The translations under genes and the position numbers were made by a program. Under the pieces are notes generated by a model. That model was not told the origin of the DNA. It saw only the letters and a program-made list of their open reading frames with translations, and did no database searches. Source: Acidobacteriota bacterium (GTDB taxonomy: Bacteria; Acidobacteriota; Thermoanaerobaculia; UBA5066; Gp7-AA6). From it: DNA of 64,000 nt. Shown here in pieces: positions 32,880 to 43,261 of this stretch (the first letter of the stretch is position 1; each line of letters begins with the position of its first letter). The stretch lies in NCBI GenBank assembly GCA_039931865.1, contig JBDTRB010000003.1, forward strand, positions 5,364-69,363, given 5' to 3'.

Positions 32880-32958
32880 CCAAATTCCGCGCGCGGCGCG
32901 TCGCGAAAGGCGGCGAGCGCGGGAGCGTTGCGGCCGTCTCATCGCCGCTCTTCTGCTA

Positions 32959-34404
32959 ATGTTGCAAGCCCCCGTGCTGACCGGCCCCGGCGACGGATCG
33001 GCGCGAGACGACGGAGGAATTCTGAGACAGGAAAAAGACAGTCTCGGGATCCGGGAGATTCCCGACGCCGCCTATTGGGGGGCTCAGACTTCCCGGGCGG
33101 TCGAGAACTACCCCATCTCCGGGGAGCGCGCCCATCCCGAAATGGTCCGGGCCTACACGCGCATCAAGAAGGCCTGCGCCGAGACGAACCTCGAGTTCGG
33201 CCGCCTGCCCGCCGAAAAAGCGCGGGCGATCATCGCCGCTTGCGACGAGGTCCTTGCGGGAGGCCTGGCCGACCAGTTCGTCGTAGATGTTTACCAGGCG
33301 GGAGCGGGAACGTCGTTTCACATGAACGTGAATGAAGTGCTCGCGGGACGGGCGGCGGAAATCCTGGGCGGAACGCGCGGAGATCGCGCCGCGATCAACC
33401 CGAACGACGACGTGAACCTCGGGCAGTCCACCAACGACACGTTTCCCACCGCGCTTCACATGGCCGCTGTCGCAGTCGGCCGCCCGCTTGCGGCCGAGGT
33501 GGGACTCGCGGCCGAGTCTCTGTCTCGAAAAGGCGCGGAGTTCGCGAGGACCGTGAAGTCCGGCCGTACACATCTGATGGACGCAGTGCCGGTCACGCTC
33601 GGCCAGGAATTTCGCGCGTATGGGGCCGCCCTGGCGCATCGCCGCGATTCTCTCGTCCGAGCCCTCGACAACCTGCTGGAGCTCGCACTCGGCGGCTCCG
33701 CGGTCGGGACGGGACTGAACACCCCGGCAGGCTTTCGCGAAAAAGCGGTCGCCGGCCTTGCCCGGCTGTCGGGCGAGCGATACGTTCCCGCGGCAGACGC
33801 CCGCGAGGCGATGCAGAGCCGGGCCGCGGCGGGCGACTACTCGGCGGCGCTGCGCGCGCTCGCGGTCGAGCTCGGGAGGGTCGCGAACGACCTCCGGCTC
33901 TTAGCCTCCGGTCCGGCCACCGGTCTCGACGAGATCCGCCTGCCTCCCGTCCAGCCCGGCTCTTCGATCATGCCCGGCAAGGTGAACCCGTCGCTGCTCG
34001 AGTGTCTCAACATGCTCTGCTTCCAGATCGTCGGGATGGACACCGCGAACATCCTGGCGGTCGCCGGTGGGCAGCTCGAGCTGAACGTGATGATGCCGCT
34101 CCTCGCGCACAACCTGACGCGGGGACCGCAGCTCCTGATCAACTTCCTTCCGGTCGTCCGCACGCGGTGCTTCGACGGGATCACCGCGAACCCGGAGAAG
34201 TGCCGGCACTACCTGGAAGAGTCGCCGTCCGTGATCACCGCGCTCACCCCGAAGATCGGCTACGCGAAGGCGGCGGAGGTCTTCAAGGAAGCCGTCGCGC
34301 GCGGCGTGCGGGTTCGCGAGGTCCTCCTCGAGAAAAAGATAGTCACAGAAGAGGAGCTCGAGGAGGCAATGGCTCCCGCGACGCTCCTGGGACCGCTCGA
34401 CTGA
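32959..34404 (+). CDS. aspA: aspartate ammonia-lyase family (class II fumarase/aspartase superfamily)
   Basis: Superfamily signature GSSIMPGKVNP. QFVVDVYQAGAGTSFHMNVNEVLA, AIIAACDEVL and GQSTNDTFPT are closer to E. coli AspA than to FumC as I remember them. Start is placed at ATG 32959, though the ORF is open from 32830. The aspartase-versus-fumarase assignment needs a search. Confidence 0.75.
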   Translation: MLQAPVLTGPGDGSARDDGGILRQEKDSLGIREIPDAAYWGAQTSRAVENYPISGERAHPEMVRAYTRIKKACAETNLEFGRLPAEKARAIIAACDEVLAGGLADQFVVDVYQAGAGTSFHMNVNEVLAGRAAEILGGTRGDRAAINPNDDVNLGQSTNDTFPTALHMAAVAVGRPLAAEVGLAAESLSRKGAEFARTVKSGRTHLMDAVPVTLGQEFRAYGAALAHRRDSLVRALDNLLELALGGSAVGTGLNTPAGFREKAVAGLARLSGERYVPAADAREAMQSRAAAGDYSAALRALAVELGRVANDLRLLASGPATGLDEIRLPPVQPGSSIMPGKVNPSLLECLNMLCFQIVGMDTANILAVAGGQLELNVMMPLLAHNLTRGPQLLINFLPVVRTRCFDGITANPEKCRHYLEESPSVITALTPKIGYAKAAEVFKEAVARGVRVREVLLEKKIVTEEELEEAMAPATLLGPLD

Positions 34405-34462
34405 TCGGATCGGATTCTTTCGGCCGCTCGACGCGGCCACTCGACAAAGGAGGGGAAACCCG

Positions 34463-35179
34463 ATGACCTGGCCTTCAGACTGGCAGACGAACGTCACTTT
34501 TCTTCTTCGGTGGGGTCACTTGCTCGCCGGCATCACCTGGATCGGAATGCTCTATTTTTTCAACCTCGTGAACGTGCAGTTCCAAAAGGAGATCGACGCG
34601 GCGGTCAAGTCGAAGATCAATCCCCCGCTGCTGACCCGGTCTCTCTGGTGGTTCCGGTGGGGCGCCATGGGAACGTGGCTGACGGGCTTCCTCTACTACA
34701 TCATCATCGCGGGTACGGAAAAACCGGGTCACAAGATCCTGGCTGTCTTTCTTGTGGTGTGGGTGATTGCCTTCCTGATCCTGTCGCTCGTCTACCGCAT
34801 GGCGGTGAGGGGCGGAGCGCTCAAAGACGGCCGCGTGGTGGCCGTCCTGGTCGCCGTCGTGATCGCCGCCGCCGCTTATGTCGTCGGCTGCTACGGGCGC
34901 TCCTGGGGCGGAAGCAACCGCTCGCTCTCCATCCTGATCGGTGGAGGCATCGGTACAGTGATGTTCATGAACGTCTGGATGATCATCTGGCCCCTGCAGA
35001 AGAAGATCATCGCCGCGACGATCGCCGCCGCATCCGGAACACCGGCCCCGGCGGATCAGGCTCTCTGGGCCCGCCGGGCTTTCCTGGCGTCCCGCTCGAA
35101 CACATGGCTCTCGGTGCCGATGCTGTTCTTCATGGCGGCGGCGAGCCACTTTCCGATCTTCAGCACGCTTTCACCGTAG
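34463..35179 (+). CDS. polytopic membrane protein (possibly urate-hydroxylase PuuD N-terminal-like family)
   Basis: AAGGAGGGG lies upstream of the ATG. About 6 TM segments. The HLLAGITWIGMLYFFNLVNV pattern is, from memory, like the PuuD/urate-oxidase-N membrane domain. Function uncertain. Confidence 0.6.
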   Translation: MTWPSDWQTNVTFLLRWGHLLAGITWIGMLYFFNLVNVQFQKEIDAAVKSKINPPLLTRSLWWFRWGAMGTWLTGFLYYIIIAGTEKPGHKILAVFLVVWVIAFLILSLVYRMAVRGGALKDGRVVAVLVAVVIAAAAYVVGCYGRSWGGSNRSLSILIGGGIGTVMFMNVWMIIWPLQKKIIAATIAAASGTPAPADQALWARRAFLASRSNTWLSVPMLFFMAAASHFPIFSTLSP

Positions 35180-35202
35180 ATCGGGAATTCGGCGGGCCAG
35201 AT

Positions 35203-35230
35203 GGCGGCCGCGAGGGCCGCCTTTTTTTTT
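35203..35230 (+). terminator. rho-independent terminator
   Basis: GGCGGCC-gcgag-GGCCGCC stem-loop followed by nine T (35222-35230), 24 nt after the stop at 35179. Confidence 0.85.
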
Positions 35231-35262
35231 GATTTCGGAACAGGCTCCGATTCAAGTCGAAG

Positions 35263-35967
35263 TCAGGTAGACAGGTAGTCCCTGACGAGCTTCATGTCCT
35301 GCCAGACGTCCTTCTTCCTGTCGGGAGACCGCAGCAGGAAGGCGGGATGGAACGTCGGCATCACGCGGACGCCTCGCGCGGTCTGCCACTGGCCGCGCAG
35401 CCGGGAGATCGCCACGTCGGTTTCCAGGAGCGCCTGCGCGGCGAACGTTCCCAGGGTCACGATCACGCGGGGGGAGACGAGCCGGATCTGCTCGTTCAAG
35501 AACGGGCGGCAGGAAGCGACTTCGTCCGGCTCGGGATTCCGGTTGTTCGGCGGCCGGCATTTGAGGACGTTGGCGATGTAAACGTCCTCACGGGTCTTCC
35601 CCATCGCTTCGATGATCTTCGTCAGCAGATGGCCGGCGCGTCCGACGAACGCCAGACCCTGCTCGTCCTCGTCGCGCCCGGGCGCCTCGCCGACGAACAT
35701 CAGGTCGGCGTCGGGGTTTCCCTGCCCGAACACGATCTGGGTGCGCGTGCCGGAGAGCTTGCACCTCGGGCAGCCGGCGACGAACCTCTCGAGCGCCGGG
35801 ATGTCCGTCATCGATCCGGGAAGGAGCGCCGGAACGGCGGCGGCGGCCGGAGCCCCCGAGGTGACGGCGGCGCTTCCTGCCGGCGCGGCCGGATCCACGT
35901 AGAGATCCCGCACGCCGAGGTCCCGGAAATAGGCGAGATCGTCTCCGAGCGGCGGGCGGGAGCTCAT
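35263..35967 (-). CDS. uracil-DNA glycosylase, family 4
   Basis: Start at ATG 35965-35967, in an ATGA overlap with the coaBC stop. Motifs: [42 protein letters not shown]. Confidence 0.88.
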   Translation of the reverse strand: MSSRPPLGDDLAYFRDLGVRDLYVDPAAPAGSAAVTSGAPAAAAVPALLPGSMTDIPALERFVAGCPRCKLSGTRTQIVFGQGNPDADLMFVGEAPGRDEDEQGLAFVGRAGHLLTKIIEAMGKTREDVYIANVLKCRPPNNRNPEPDEVASCRPFLNEQIRLVSPRVIVTLGTFAAQALLETDVAISRLRGQWQTARGVRVMPTFHPAFLLRSPDRKKDVWQDMKLVRDYLST

Positions 35968-37223
35968 CCTCGGGGCTCCGGCGTCCTGGAGGCCGCGACC
36001 GTCCTCGCGCTTGCGCTTGCAGACGCAGAGCCCGCGCGCGCCTTCAGGCACGCGTCCCAGATGGCCTCCGCCACCTCGCGCTTGGGACGGCGCGAGACCG
36101 TGCGCCCGGGCTCGCCTGCCCCGAGGAGGATGACCTCGTTGTCTGCCGACTCGAAGCCGATATCGCTCCGCCCGACGTCGTTGATCACGATCAGGTCGGC
36201 GCCCTTCGCTTCGCGCTTGGCGGCGCCGCGCCGCTCCAGGTCCGATGTCTCGGCGGCGAATGCGATGACCACCTGCCCGCGCTTCAGCGGGCGCAGCGAC
36301 GCCAGCACGTCCCGGCCGGCGGCGAGCCTCACCGTCACGTCTCCCTCGCCGCGGTGCATTCGCACGAGGCTCGGTTCCGGGATGAAATCGGCGACAGCGG
36401 CGGCCATTGCGAGCGCGTCGCAGTCCGGAAACTCCCGGACGAGCAGCCCATGCAGGTCCGCCGAGGTTTCGAACGGGGTGAACCGGACGCCGGCGGGGGC
36501 CGTGAGCGCGACCGGACCCGACAGCAGAGTCACGGCAGCACCGCGGTCGCGCGCCGCTTCCGCGAGCGCATAGCCCATCTTCCCGCTCGACCGGTTCGAC
36601 AGAAAGCGGACGGGATCGACCGGCTCGCGGGTCGGCCCGGCGGTCACGAGAATCCGGAGCCCGTCCATGTCGCGGCGGCGCGACTGTCCGAGGATCGTTT
36701 TCGCGGCGGAGAGAATCTCCTCGGGCTCCGCCATGCGGCCGATTCCTTCGTGGCCGGAGGCGAGAAGGCCTCTCGCGGGGCCGACGAACTTCGCTCCCCG
36801 TGCAGCGAGGACGTCGCAGTTCGCCCGGACCGCGGGGTTCGCCCACATTGCGGATTCCATCGCTGGCGCGAGGAGAACCGGACCGCGATGGGAGAGGTAG
36901 TAGGTGGTCAAAAAATCGTCGGCGAGGCCGTTTGCGAAGCGAGCCAGCGAGTGAGCCGTGGCCGGAGCGACCACGAGGAGGTCCGTTCTGTCGGCCAGCT
37001 CAACGTGGAGGACGGCCGGCTCGTGCCGGCTGCCCCAGACTTCGGTCGGAACTTCGCGGCCCGACAGGACCGCGAAGGTCAGCGGCGACACGAACTCCCG
37101 CGCGCCGCGGGTCAGGACAGGCTGCACCTCGAAGCCCTCCCGGACGAAGGCGCGGCAGAGCTCCGCCGCTTTATATGCCGCGATGCCGCCGGAGACGCCG
37201 AGGACGACGCGGAAAGGCTGCAT
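35964..37223 (-). CDS. coaBC: bifunctional phosphopantothenoylcysteine decarboxylase / phosphopantothenate-cysteine ligase
   Basis: Motifs: [63 protein letters not shown]. Confidence 0.93.
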   Translation of the reverse strand: MQPFRVVLGVSGGIAAYKAAELCRAFVREGFEVQPVLTRGAREFVSPLTFAVLSGREVPTEVWGSRHEPAVLHVELADRTDLLVVAPATAHSLARFANGLADDFLTTYYLSHRGPVLLAPAMESAMWANPAVRANCDVLAARGAKFVGPARGLLASGHEGIGRMAEPEEILSAAKTILGQSRRRDMDGLRILVTAGPTREPVDPVRFLSNRSSGKMGYALAEAARDRGAAVTLLSGPVALTAPAGVRFTPFETSADLHGLLVREFPDCDALAMAAAVADFIPEPSLVRMHRGEGDVTVRLAAGRDVLASLRPLKRGQVVIAFAAETSDLERRGAAKREAKGADLIVINDVGRSDIGFESADNEVILLGAGEPGRTVSRRPKREVAEAIWDACLKARAGSASASASARTVAASRTPEPRG

Positions 37224-37260
37224 GGGTCGCGAAGGGCGGACGGCTCTTCAGCCGCCCCGT

Positions 37261-37521
37261 TTAGACGGCGGCTTCTTCCTCGACCGACTCCGTGTCCGAA
37301 GCGCTCTCGTTCTCTGCATCCTCGAGGACGCCGCCTTCGGCGCCGTAGTCCCAGCGGACGCGGTTCTCTTCGAACTCCTCTGCCGCCAGCCGCGTCGGCT
37401 TGGTCGGGCGGTCGGATTCGATCTTCGGCCTCGCGCCGCGCATGAGCTGCTCGGCCCGCCGGGCGATTAAGAGAACCAGCCGGAACTTGCTGTCCACACC
37501 TTCGGGGATGTTCTGAATCAT
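37261..37521 (-). CDS. rpoZ: DNA-directed RNA polymerase omega subunit
   Basis: Contains SKFRLVLLIARRAEQL. 86 aa with an acidic tail. Confidence 0.85.
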   Translation of the reverse strand: MIQNIPEGVDSKFRLVLLIARRAEQLMRGARPKIESDRPTKPTRLAAEEFEENRVRWDYGAEGGVLEDAENESASDTESVEEEAAV

Positions 37522-37546
37522 GGAAGGGACCTCTCAGTTACTAAGT

Positions 37547-37570
37547 CGTTTCGCGTTGCGTTTCGCGTTC
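37547..37570. repeat. 12-nt direct tandem repeat (CGTTTCGCGTTG / CGTTTCGCGTTC)
   Basis: Read directly in the gmk-rpoZ spacer. The second unit overlaps the first two nucleotides (37569-37570) of the gmk stop codon (37569-37571). Confidence 0.9.
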
Positions 37571-38195
37571 AGCGGAATTCCTTGCGGATGCGTTCCAGGC
37601 GCACCGCCTGCCGGGCCGGCGTCAGTCGCCGCGCCCGAACGATGGATTGTAACTCAAGAGTGGCCCGGTCGAGATCATCGTTCACGATAACGTATTGATA
37701 ATCCATGGCTTCCTGGATCTCTTTGGAAGCATTGATCAGCCGTTTCCGGATGACTTCTTCGCCGTCCAACCCCCGGAGACGCAGCCGTTTCTGAAGCTCC
37801 GGCTGCGACGAAGGAGCTATGAAGACCATCACCGCTTCGGGATACACACGGCGGACGTCGCGAGCGCCCTGGACGTCGATGTCCAGGACGACGTCCTCTC
37901 CCGCTTCCAGCCTCGGAAGCACCTCCGCTTTCGAGGTCCCGTAAATGTTGTCGTGGACCTCGTTGTGCTCGAGAAAAGAGTCCTGGAGCGCCATCTCCTG
38001 GAATTGCGCCACGGAGATGAAGTGATACTCGCGGCCGTTTGTCTCACCTGCGCGCATCGGGCGCGTCGTGTGCGAGACCGCGAAGTGAAGCGGCTGTCCC
38101 GGAGGGTCTTCCAGGAGGCGGCGGATCAGAGTCGTCTTGCCGCCCCCCGACGGGGAAGACACGATGAAGAGGTCTCCCCGGGCGGGCGTGCTCAT
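37569..38195 (-). CDS. gmk: guanylate kinase
   Basis: Motifs: SSPSGGGKTTL, HTTRPMRAGETNGREYHF, and FLEHNEVHDNIYGT. Confidence 0.93.
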   Translation of the reverse strand: MSTPARGDLFIVSSPSGGGKTTLIRRLLEDPPGQPLHFAVSHTTRPMRAGETNGREYHFISVAQFQEMALQDSFLEHNEVHDNIYGTSKAEVLPRLEAGEDVVLDIDVQGARDVRRVYPEAVMVFIAPSSQPELQKRLRLRGLDGEEVIRKRLINASKEIQEAMDYQYVIVNDDLDRATLELQSIVRARRLTPARQAVRLERIRKEFR

Positions 38196-39076
38196 TCGAC
38201 GTTCTGGACCTGCTCGCGGATCTTTTCCGTTTCCGACTTCATCTCGACGACGTCGCGAACGAGCTGCAGGTCGCGGGCCTTCGATCCGAGAGTGTTCAGC
38301 TCCCGGAGGATCTCCTGCGAGAGAAATTCGAGCTTCTTTCCGACCGGGCCGTTGGAGTCGAGGAGCTCGCGGAAGGCCGCGAGGTGCCCCTGCAGCCGGG
38401 AGAGCTCCTCCGCGATGTCCGTTTTGTCGACGGCGAGGGCGGCTTCCTGCTCGAGACGGGTGGAGTCGAACGGCAGGTCGGGGACTAAGGCGGTCAGCCG
38501 CTCGCGCAGGTTCTGGAGGAGCCGGGCGGACACCTCCTGCCGCCGGGAGGAGAGCTCCCCCGACTTGTCCTGAAGGAAGGTGATCCTCGCGGCGAGATCG
38601 GCGGCGACGGTGCGGCCCTCCGCCTCGCGCATCGCGGCGAGGGCGTCGGCGGCCTCGGAAGCGATCGACTCGACGGCGGCGACGTCCTCGGGCGAAAGCT
38701 CGCCCGCTGCGTCCTCGACCGACAGGGCACCCGGAATCCTCAGCAGGTCGCGGATCTCGAGGCGGCCTTCGATCGAGAGCCTCGCGGCGGCGGCGCGTAG
38801 GCGCTCTACGGCCGCGGAGAGAAGCGCTTCGTCGAGCATGACCTCGCTCCGGCTCTGCGCCTCCCGGCGGACCCGGAGAGTGATCTCGACTTTTCCGCGA
38901 GAGACCCGCGCGGAGAACGCCTTACGCAGTCCGGGCTCGAGAGCGGCTTCCGATTCACGCAGCTTCACCGTCAGGTCCAGGAAGCGGTGGTTCACGCTGC
39001 GAGCGGAGATTTCCGCCGACGCGCCGGCGCCGACGGGGCCCTGCGCGCGCCCGAAGCCCGTCATGCTGCGGATCAT
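38192..39076 (-). CDS. yicC: YicC/YloC family stress-induced protein (endoribonuclease-like)
   Basis: N-terminal MIRSMTGFGRA...SVNHRFLD and C-terminal EEL.RL..H...F........GKKLEFL.QE..RE.NT.GSK pattern. Confidence 0.88.
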   Translation of the reverse strand: MIRSMTGFGRAQGPVGAGASAEISARSVNHRFLDLTVKLRESEAALEPGLRKAFSARVSRGKVEITLRVRREAQSRSEVMLDEALLSAAVERLRAAAARLSIEGRLEIRDLLRIPGALSVEDAAGELSPEDVAAVESIASEAADALAAMREAEGRTVAADLAARITFLQDKSGELSSRRQEVSARLLQNLRERLTALVPDLPFDSTRLEQEAALAVDKTDIAEELSRLQGHLAAFRELLDSNGPVGKKLEFLSQEILRELNTLGSKARDLQLVRDVVEMKSETEKIREQVQNVE

Positions 39077-40935
39077 CGCGGCGCCGCCAGGGCTTCCGCC
39101 GCGTCCGTCTCGGTGAAGTACTGCATGGCGTGGAGGCGATGGTACACGCCGGGCCTCGCGAGGAGCTCCTGGTGGGTACCGGACTCGACGAGCCGCGCCC
39201 GGTCGAACACGAGAATCCGGTCCGCCCGCCGCACCGTCGAGAGCCGATGCGCGATGACGAGAGTGGTCCGGCCCTTCATGAGATTCATGAGAGCCCGCGC
39301 GACCAGGGCCTCGGACTCCGTATCGAGCTGCGACGTGGCCTCGTCGAGGATCAGGATCGGCGCGTCCTTGTAGATCGCCCGCGCGATCGCGAGGCGCTGC
39401 TTCTGACCTCCAGAGAGCCGCCCCGCGTTCTCTCCGACGAAGCTGTCGTACCCTTCCGGCAGCCGGTCGATGAACTCGTCGGCGTAGGCGGCGTGCGCCG
39501 CGGCCCGGAGCTTGTCTTCGGGCGGTGACGACTGCCCGTACGCGATGTTGCTCCGCACGCTGGCATCGAACAGGACGGTGTCCTGGGTGACGAGCCCGAT
39601 CTGCTCCCGCAGCGAGCGCAGGGTGGCGTCGCGGATGTCCATTCCGTCGAACGTGATCCGTCCGGCCGTGGGGTCGTAGAGCCTTGGCAGCAGGTTCACG
39701 AGGCTCGTCTTGCCCGCCCCCGACGGGCCGACAATCGCGACGGTCTCGCCGCGGCGGATCGTCAGGTCGACGTCAAGGAGGACCGGCTGGTGCTCGTACC
39801 GGAAGCTGACGCCCTCGTACCGGATCGCGTCGGAGAACGGCGGCAGCGGTGTGGCTTCGGGCTTCTCCTGGATCTCGCTGACGCGGTCGACGAGCTCGAA
39901 GACGCGCCGGGCGGAGGAGAGCGCCAGCTGGATCGCCATGTTGATGCGGGTGACGTCCTTGACCGGCTTGTACATCATCATCAGGGCTGCCAGGAACGAG
40001 AACAGCTCTCCGACCTCCATCCGGTGCGCATGGATCTCGGCGGCGGCGTAAACGAAGAGCGCGGACAGGCCAAAGCCCGCGAGGATTTCCATGAAGGGCG
40101 CGTTGCGCGCCTGGATGCGAACGGTTCGCCGGTTGACCCGGAAGTAGTCGTTGTTCGCCTCCTCGAACCGGTTCGCCTCGAAGTCCTCCATGGCGTAGGT
40201 CTTGATCACGCGGTGGCCGCGCAGGGTCTCCGACAGGATCGCGCCGAGGTGTCCGATCCTCTCGCGCGCCGCGGTGGCCGCTTTCCCGAGCCGGCGGGTG
40301 TTGCTGACGATCGGGAGAAGAATCAGGGGCGCGAGCACGAAGATGATCACCGCGAGCCGCGCGTTCATCGAGAAGACATAAAGGAGCAGGAGGATGAGCG
40401 TCAGCGCCCCCTGCACGAGATCCGTGAGCTGATGGCCGAAAGCGGTCTGGATCTGCTCGACGTCCGACAGCATCCGGCTCATGAGGTCCCCGGTCGAGCT
40501 CTCGGAGTAGAAGCGCGTGGACTGACGGAGCAGCTTGTCGTACGCCTGGCGCCTCAGATCCCGCACCATCGCCACGCCGATGCCGTTCAACTCGAACTCC
40601 GAGATGTACGAGAAGACATTCTTCGAGATGAGCGCGAGGAGCAGAAGAAGCGGGACCGCGAAACGCACGGGGATTCCGTGGCCCTCCGCGGCATGCCGGG
40701 CCGAGAGGTAGAAAGCGTCGAGCCAGCGTAGTAATGTCGCCCGCGCCGCCCCTCCCCCGCCGAACCCGGAAAGCCTTGCCGCCGCTCCCGCGCCGAGCGC
40801 GTCGTCGATCACCTTCGCGAGAAGAAACAGCATCGCGACCGTCGAGATCGAGACGACCACCATGGCGAGCAGCGCGAGAAGCGCCCGGCCCCGGTAGCGG
40901 GCGAAGGCGCGCAGGAGTCGCGGGAACGGCTTCAT
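39073..40935 (-). CDS. msbA: lipid A export-type ABC transporter (MsbA-like, TMD-NBD half transporter)
   Basis: Start at ATG 40933-40935 (MKPFPRLL), in an ATGA overlap with the lpxB stop. Six-TM domain, then GPSGAGKTSL, LSGGQKQRLAIARA, ILILDEATS. The position next to lpxB supports MsbA. The 885-aa ORF was rejected. Confidence 0.8.
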   Translation of the reverse strand: MKPFPRLLRAFARYRGRALLALLAMVVVSISTVAMLFLLAKVIDDALGAGAAARLSGFGGGGAARATLLRWLDAFYLSARHAAEGHGIPVRFAVPLLLLLALISKNVFSYISEFELNGIGVAMVRDLRRQAYDKLLRQSTRFYSESSTGDLMSRMLSDVEQIQTAFGHQLTDLVQGALTLILLLLYVFSMNARLAVIIFVLAPLILLPIVSNTRRLGKAATAARERIGHLGAILSETLRGHRVIKTYAMEDFEANRFEEANNDYFRVNRRTVRIQARNAPFMEILAGFGLSALFVYAAAEIHAHRMEVGELFSFLAALMMMYKPVKDVTRINMAIQLALSSARRVFELVDRVSEIQEKPEATPLPPFSDAIRYEGVSFRYEHQPVLLDVDLTIRRGETVAIVGPSGAGKTSLVNLLPRLYDPTAGRITFDGMDIRDATLRSLREQIGLVTQDTVLFDASVRSNIAYGQSSPPEDKLRAAAHAAYADEFIDRLPEGYDSFVGENAGRLSGGQKQRLAIARAIYKDAPILILDEATSQLDTESEALVARALMNLMKGRTTLVIAHRLSTVRRADRILVFDRARLVESGTHQELLARPGVYHRLHAMQYFTETDAAEALAAPR

Positions 40936-42092
40936 CGCGCCTCTCCTCCGGCCACAGCCGCGCCGGCAGCCTCGGGCGAATTGCGGCGCTCGGTCGCTTC
41001 CAGAACCGCGTCGGCGGCCCGATCCGTCGCTCCCGGCGGGCCAAGCCGGTCGGCGACCCGGGCGAGCCCCTCGCGCATCCGGCCCGCCCGTTCCGGCGAT
41101 TTCAGGATGGCCGCGCCCTCCTCCTGGAGGCGCGCGGCCGTCGCGTCCTCCTGGATCAGCTCGGGGACGATCTCCTCGCCTCCGACGATGTTGACGAGCG
41201 AGATCCAGGGCACGCGAATGAGGAGCCGCCCGATCGCTGCGCTCGCGGCCGACGTCCGGTACATCACGACCATCGGCGTCCCGCAGAGCGCCGCTTCGAG
41301 AGTGGCCGTTCCGGATGCGACGAAGGCGAGATCCGCGGAGGCGAGAAGAGGGTGCAGCCCCGCGTCGACCACTCGGACGCCGCGCGAGGCGGCGGAGTCG
41401 AACAGAGGGGCGGGAAGACCCGGCGCCCGGACCGCCACGATCTCGAGCTCGAACTTCCCGGCGAGGCTCGCCGCTCCCTCTACCATCACCGCGAGGTGCT
41501 TTTCTATTTCTCCAGGGCGGCTTCCCGGAAGCAGGACGAGCCGCCGTTTCCCCGCGGTCGGAGCGGGGGCCGCGAGCGCTTGCAGCCCCTCCCGCACGTC
41601 GTCGACGAGAGGGTGCCCGGCGCAGACCGCGTCGCCGCCGAGGCGGCGGTAGATCTCGGTCTCGAACGGGAAGAGCGTAATGATGCGGCGGGCCCTGGCC
41701 GCGATCGTCTTCGCGCGGCCAGCGCGCCATGCCCAGACCTGCGGACTGACGTAGTAGATCAGAGGGATCCCGAGGCGCGCGAGCCGCCGCGCTAGCAGCG
41801 CGTGAAAGTCGGGGAAGTCGATCAGCACCGCGGCAACCGGCCTTCGGCGCCGCGCCGCCTCTTCGAGCGCGGCCAGAGCCTTCCGGATCGCCGGCAGCTT
41901 CTCGAAGACCTCGAAGATCCCGACCACGGAAATCGCCTCGGAGGGCACGAGCCTCTCGAGGCCCTCCTGGCCCAGCCGCTCGCCTCCCATTCCGAAGAAA
42001 TCCATGGCCGGGCGGCGGGAAGAGAGCGCGCGGAGGAGCCGGGCCCCGTAGATGTCCCCGGAGGCTTCCCCGGAAGAGATGAGCAGATTCAA
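40932..42092 (-). CDS. lpxB: lipid-A-disaccharide synthase
   Basis: Motifs: MNLLISSGEASGDIYGARLL, DFPDFHALLAR, YYVSPQVWAWR..R. Confidence 0.92.
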   Translation of the reverse strand: MNLLISSGEASGDIYGARLLRALSSRRPAMDFFGMGGERLGQEGLERLVPSEAISVVGIFEVFEKLPAIRKALAALEEAARRRRPVAAVLIDFPDFHALLARRLARLGIPLIYYVSPQVWAWRAGRAKTIAARARRIITLFPFETEIYRRLGGDAVCAGHPLVDDVREGLQALAAPAPTAGKRRLVLLPGSRPGEIEKHLAVMVEGAASLAGKFELEIVAVRAPGLPAPLFDSAASRGVRVVDAGLHPLLASADLAFVASGTATLEAALCGTPMVVMYRTSAASAAIGRLLIRVPWISLVNIVGGEEIVPELIQEDATAARLQEEGAAILKSPERAGRMREGLARVADRLGPPGATDRAADAVLEATERRNSPEAAGAAVAGGEAR

Positions 42093-42163
42093 GAGGGCCA
42101 GAGTAGCAAAGCCGGGCCGGGCGGCGCGGCGCCCGGTCCTGCTAATATTCTCTTAACCTTCTG

Positions 42164-43261
42164 ATGACATCGCCTTCCCCTTCTCCCTTAAAAACGGCAC
42201 TGATCGGCTGCGGCCGCATCGGGCAGCGCCACGCCGCGATACTGGCGGGCTCGCCGCGTTCAGAGCTCGTCGCCCTGGTCGACGTCCGCCCCGACAAGGC
42301 GGCCGGTCTGGCGGAAAAGTTCGCCGGGCGGCCGTACACGCGTCTCGGCTCGATGCTGGAAGCCGAGTCACCGGACCTGGTCTCGATCTGCACGCCGTCC
42401 GGGGATCATTGCGAGCAGGTTCTGGCCGCTTCACGCGCCGGCGTGGCGAACGTGGTGGTCGAGAAACCGATGGCGCTGACCCTTCAAGACGCCGACGCCA
42501 TGATCGAGCAATGTGACCGCGCCGGAACCCGGCTCTTCGTGGTGAAGCAGAACCGTTACAACCTGCCGATCCTCAGACTCAAGTCCGCACTGGAGGGCGG
42601 GCGGCTCGGGAAACTGGTTCTCGGGACCGTCCGTGTGCGGTGGTGCCGCCGTCAGGACTACTACGACCAGGCGCCGTGGCGGGGAACGTGGGCGATGGAC
42701 GGCGGGGTCTTCTCGAACCAGGCCTCTCACCACGTCGACATGCTTCTCCACATGATGGGCGACGTTCTGTCCGTCAAGGCGATGAGCGCCACGCGGCTCG
42801 TTGCGATCGAAGCCGAGGACACGGGGATCGCGCTTCTTCGTTTCGCCAGCGGGGCGCTGGGAATCATCGAAGCGACGACCGCGGCGCGCCCCGTCGACCT
42901 CGAAGGGTCCATCTCCGTTCTCGGCGAGAAGGGCACGGTGGTCGTCGGGGGGTTCGCGATGAACGAAATGTCGGTCTGGCGGTTCGAGGACCCCACCCAA
43001 GAAGACGCCAGCGTGCTCGAGAGCAGCCGGACGAACCCGCCGGACGTGTATGGATTCGGCCATCACGCTTACTACGAGGACGCGTTCGACGCGATCGCGG
43101 CGGGCGGAAAGCCCCCGGTCGACGGCCGCGAGGGCCGGCGGTCTCTCGAGGTGATCACGGCCCTGTACGAGTCGATCGAATCAGGCCGCGAGATTTCCCT
43201 TCCGTTCGAAGCGACGCATTCGAGGCTCGGGCGCGTTCCGGTCTCACCGCAAACCGCTTGA
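42164..43261 (+). CDS. Gfo/Idh/MocA-family sugar-nucleotide oxidoreductase (GnnA/WbpB-like)
   Basis: Rossmann N-terminus KTALIGCGRIGQRHA, then EKPMALT and LFVVKQNRYN. Paired by a TTGA overlap with a DegT-type aminotransferase. Confidence 0.8.
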   Translation: MTSPSPSPLKTALIGCGRIGQRHAAILAGSPRSELVALVDVRPDKAAGLAEKFAGRPYTRLGSMLEAESPDLVSICTPSGDHCEQVLAASRAGVANVVVEKPMALTLQDADAMIEQCDRAGTRLFVVKQNRYNLPILRLKSALEGGRLGKLVLGTVRVRWCRRQDYYDQAPWRGTWAMDGGVFSNQASHHVDMLLHMMGDVLSVKAMSATRLVAIEAEDTGIALLRFASGALGIIEATTAARPVDLEGSISVLGEKGTVVVGGFAMNEMSVWRFEDPTQEDASVLESSRTNPPDVYGFGHHAYYEDAFDAIAAGGKPPVDGREGRRSLEVITALYESIESGREISLPFEATHSRLGRVPVSPQTA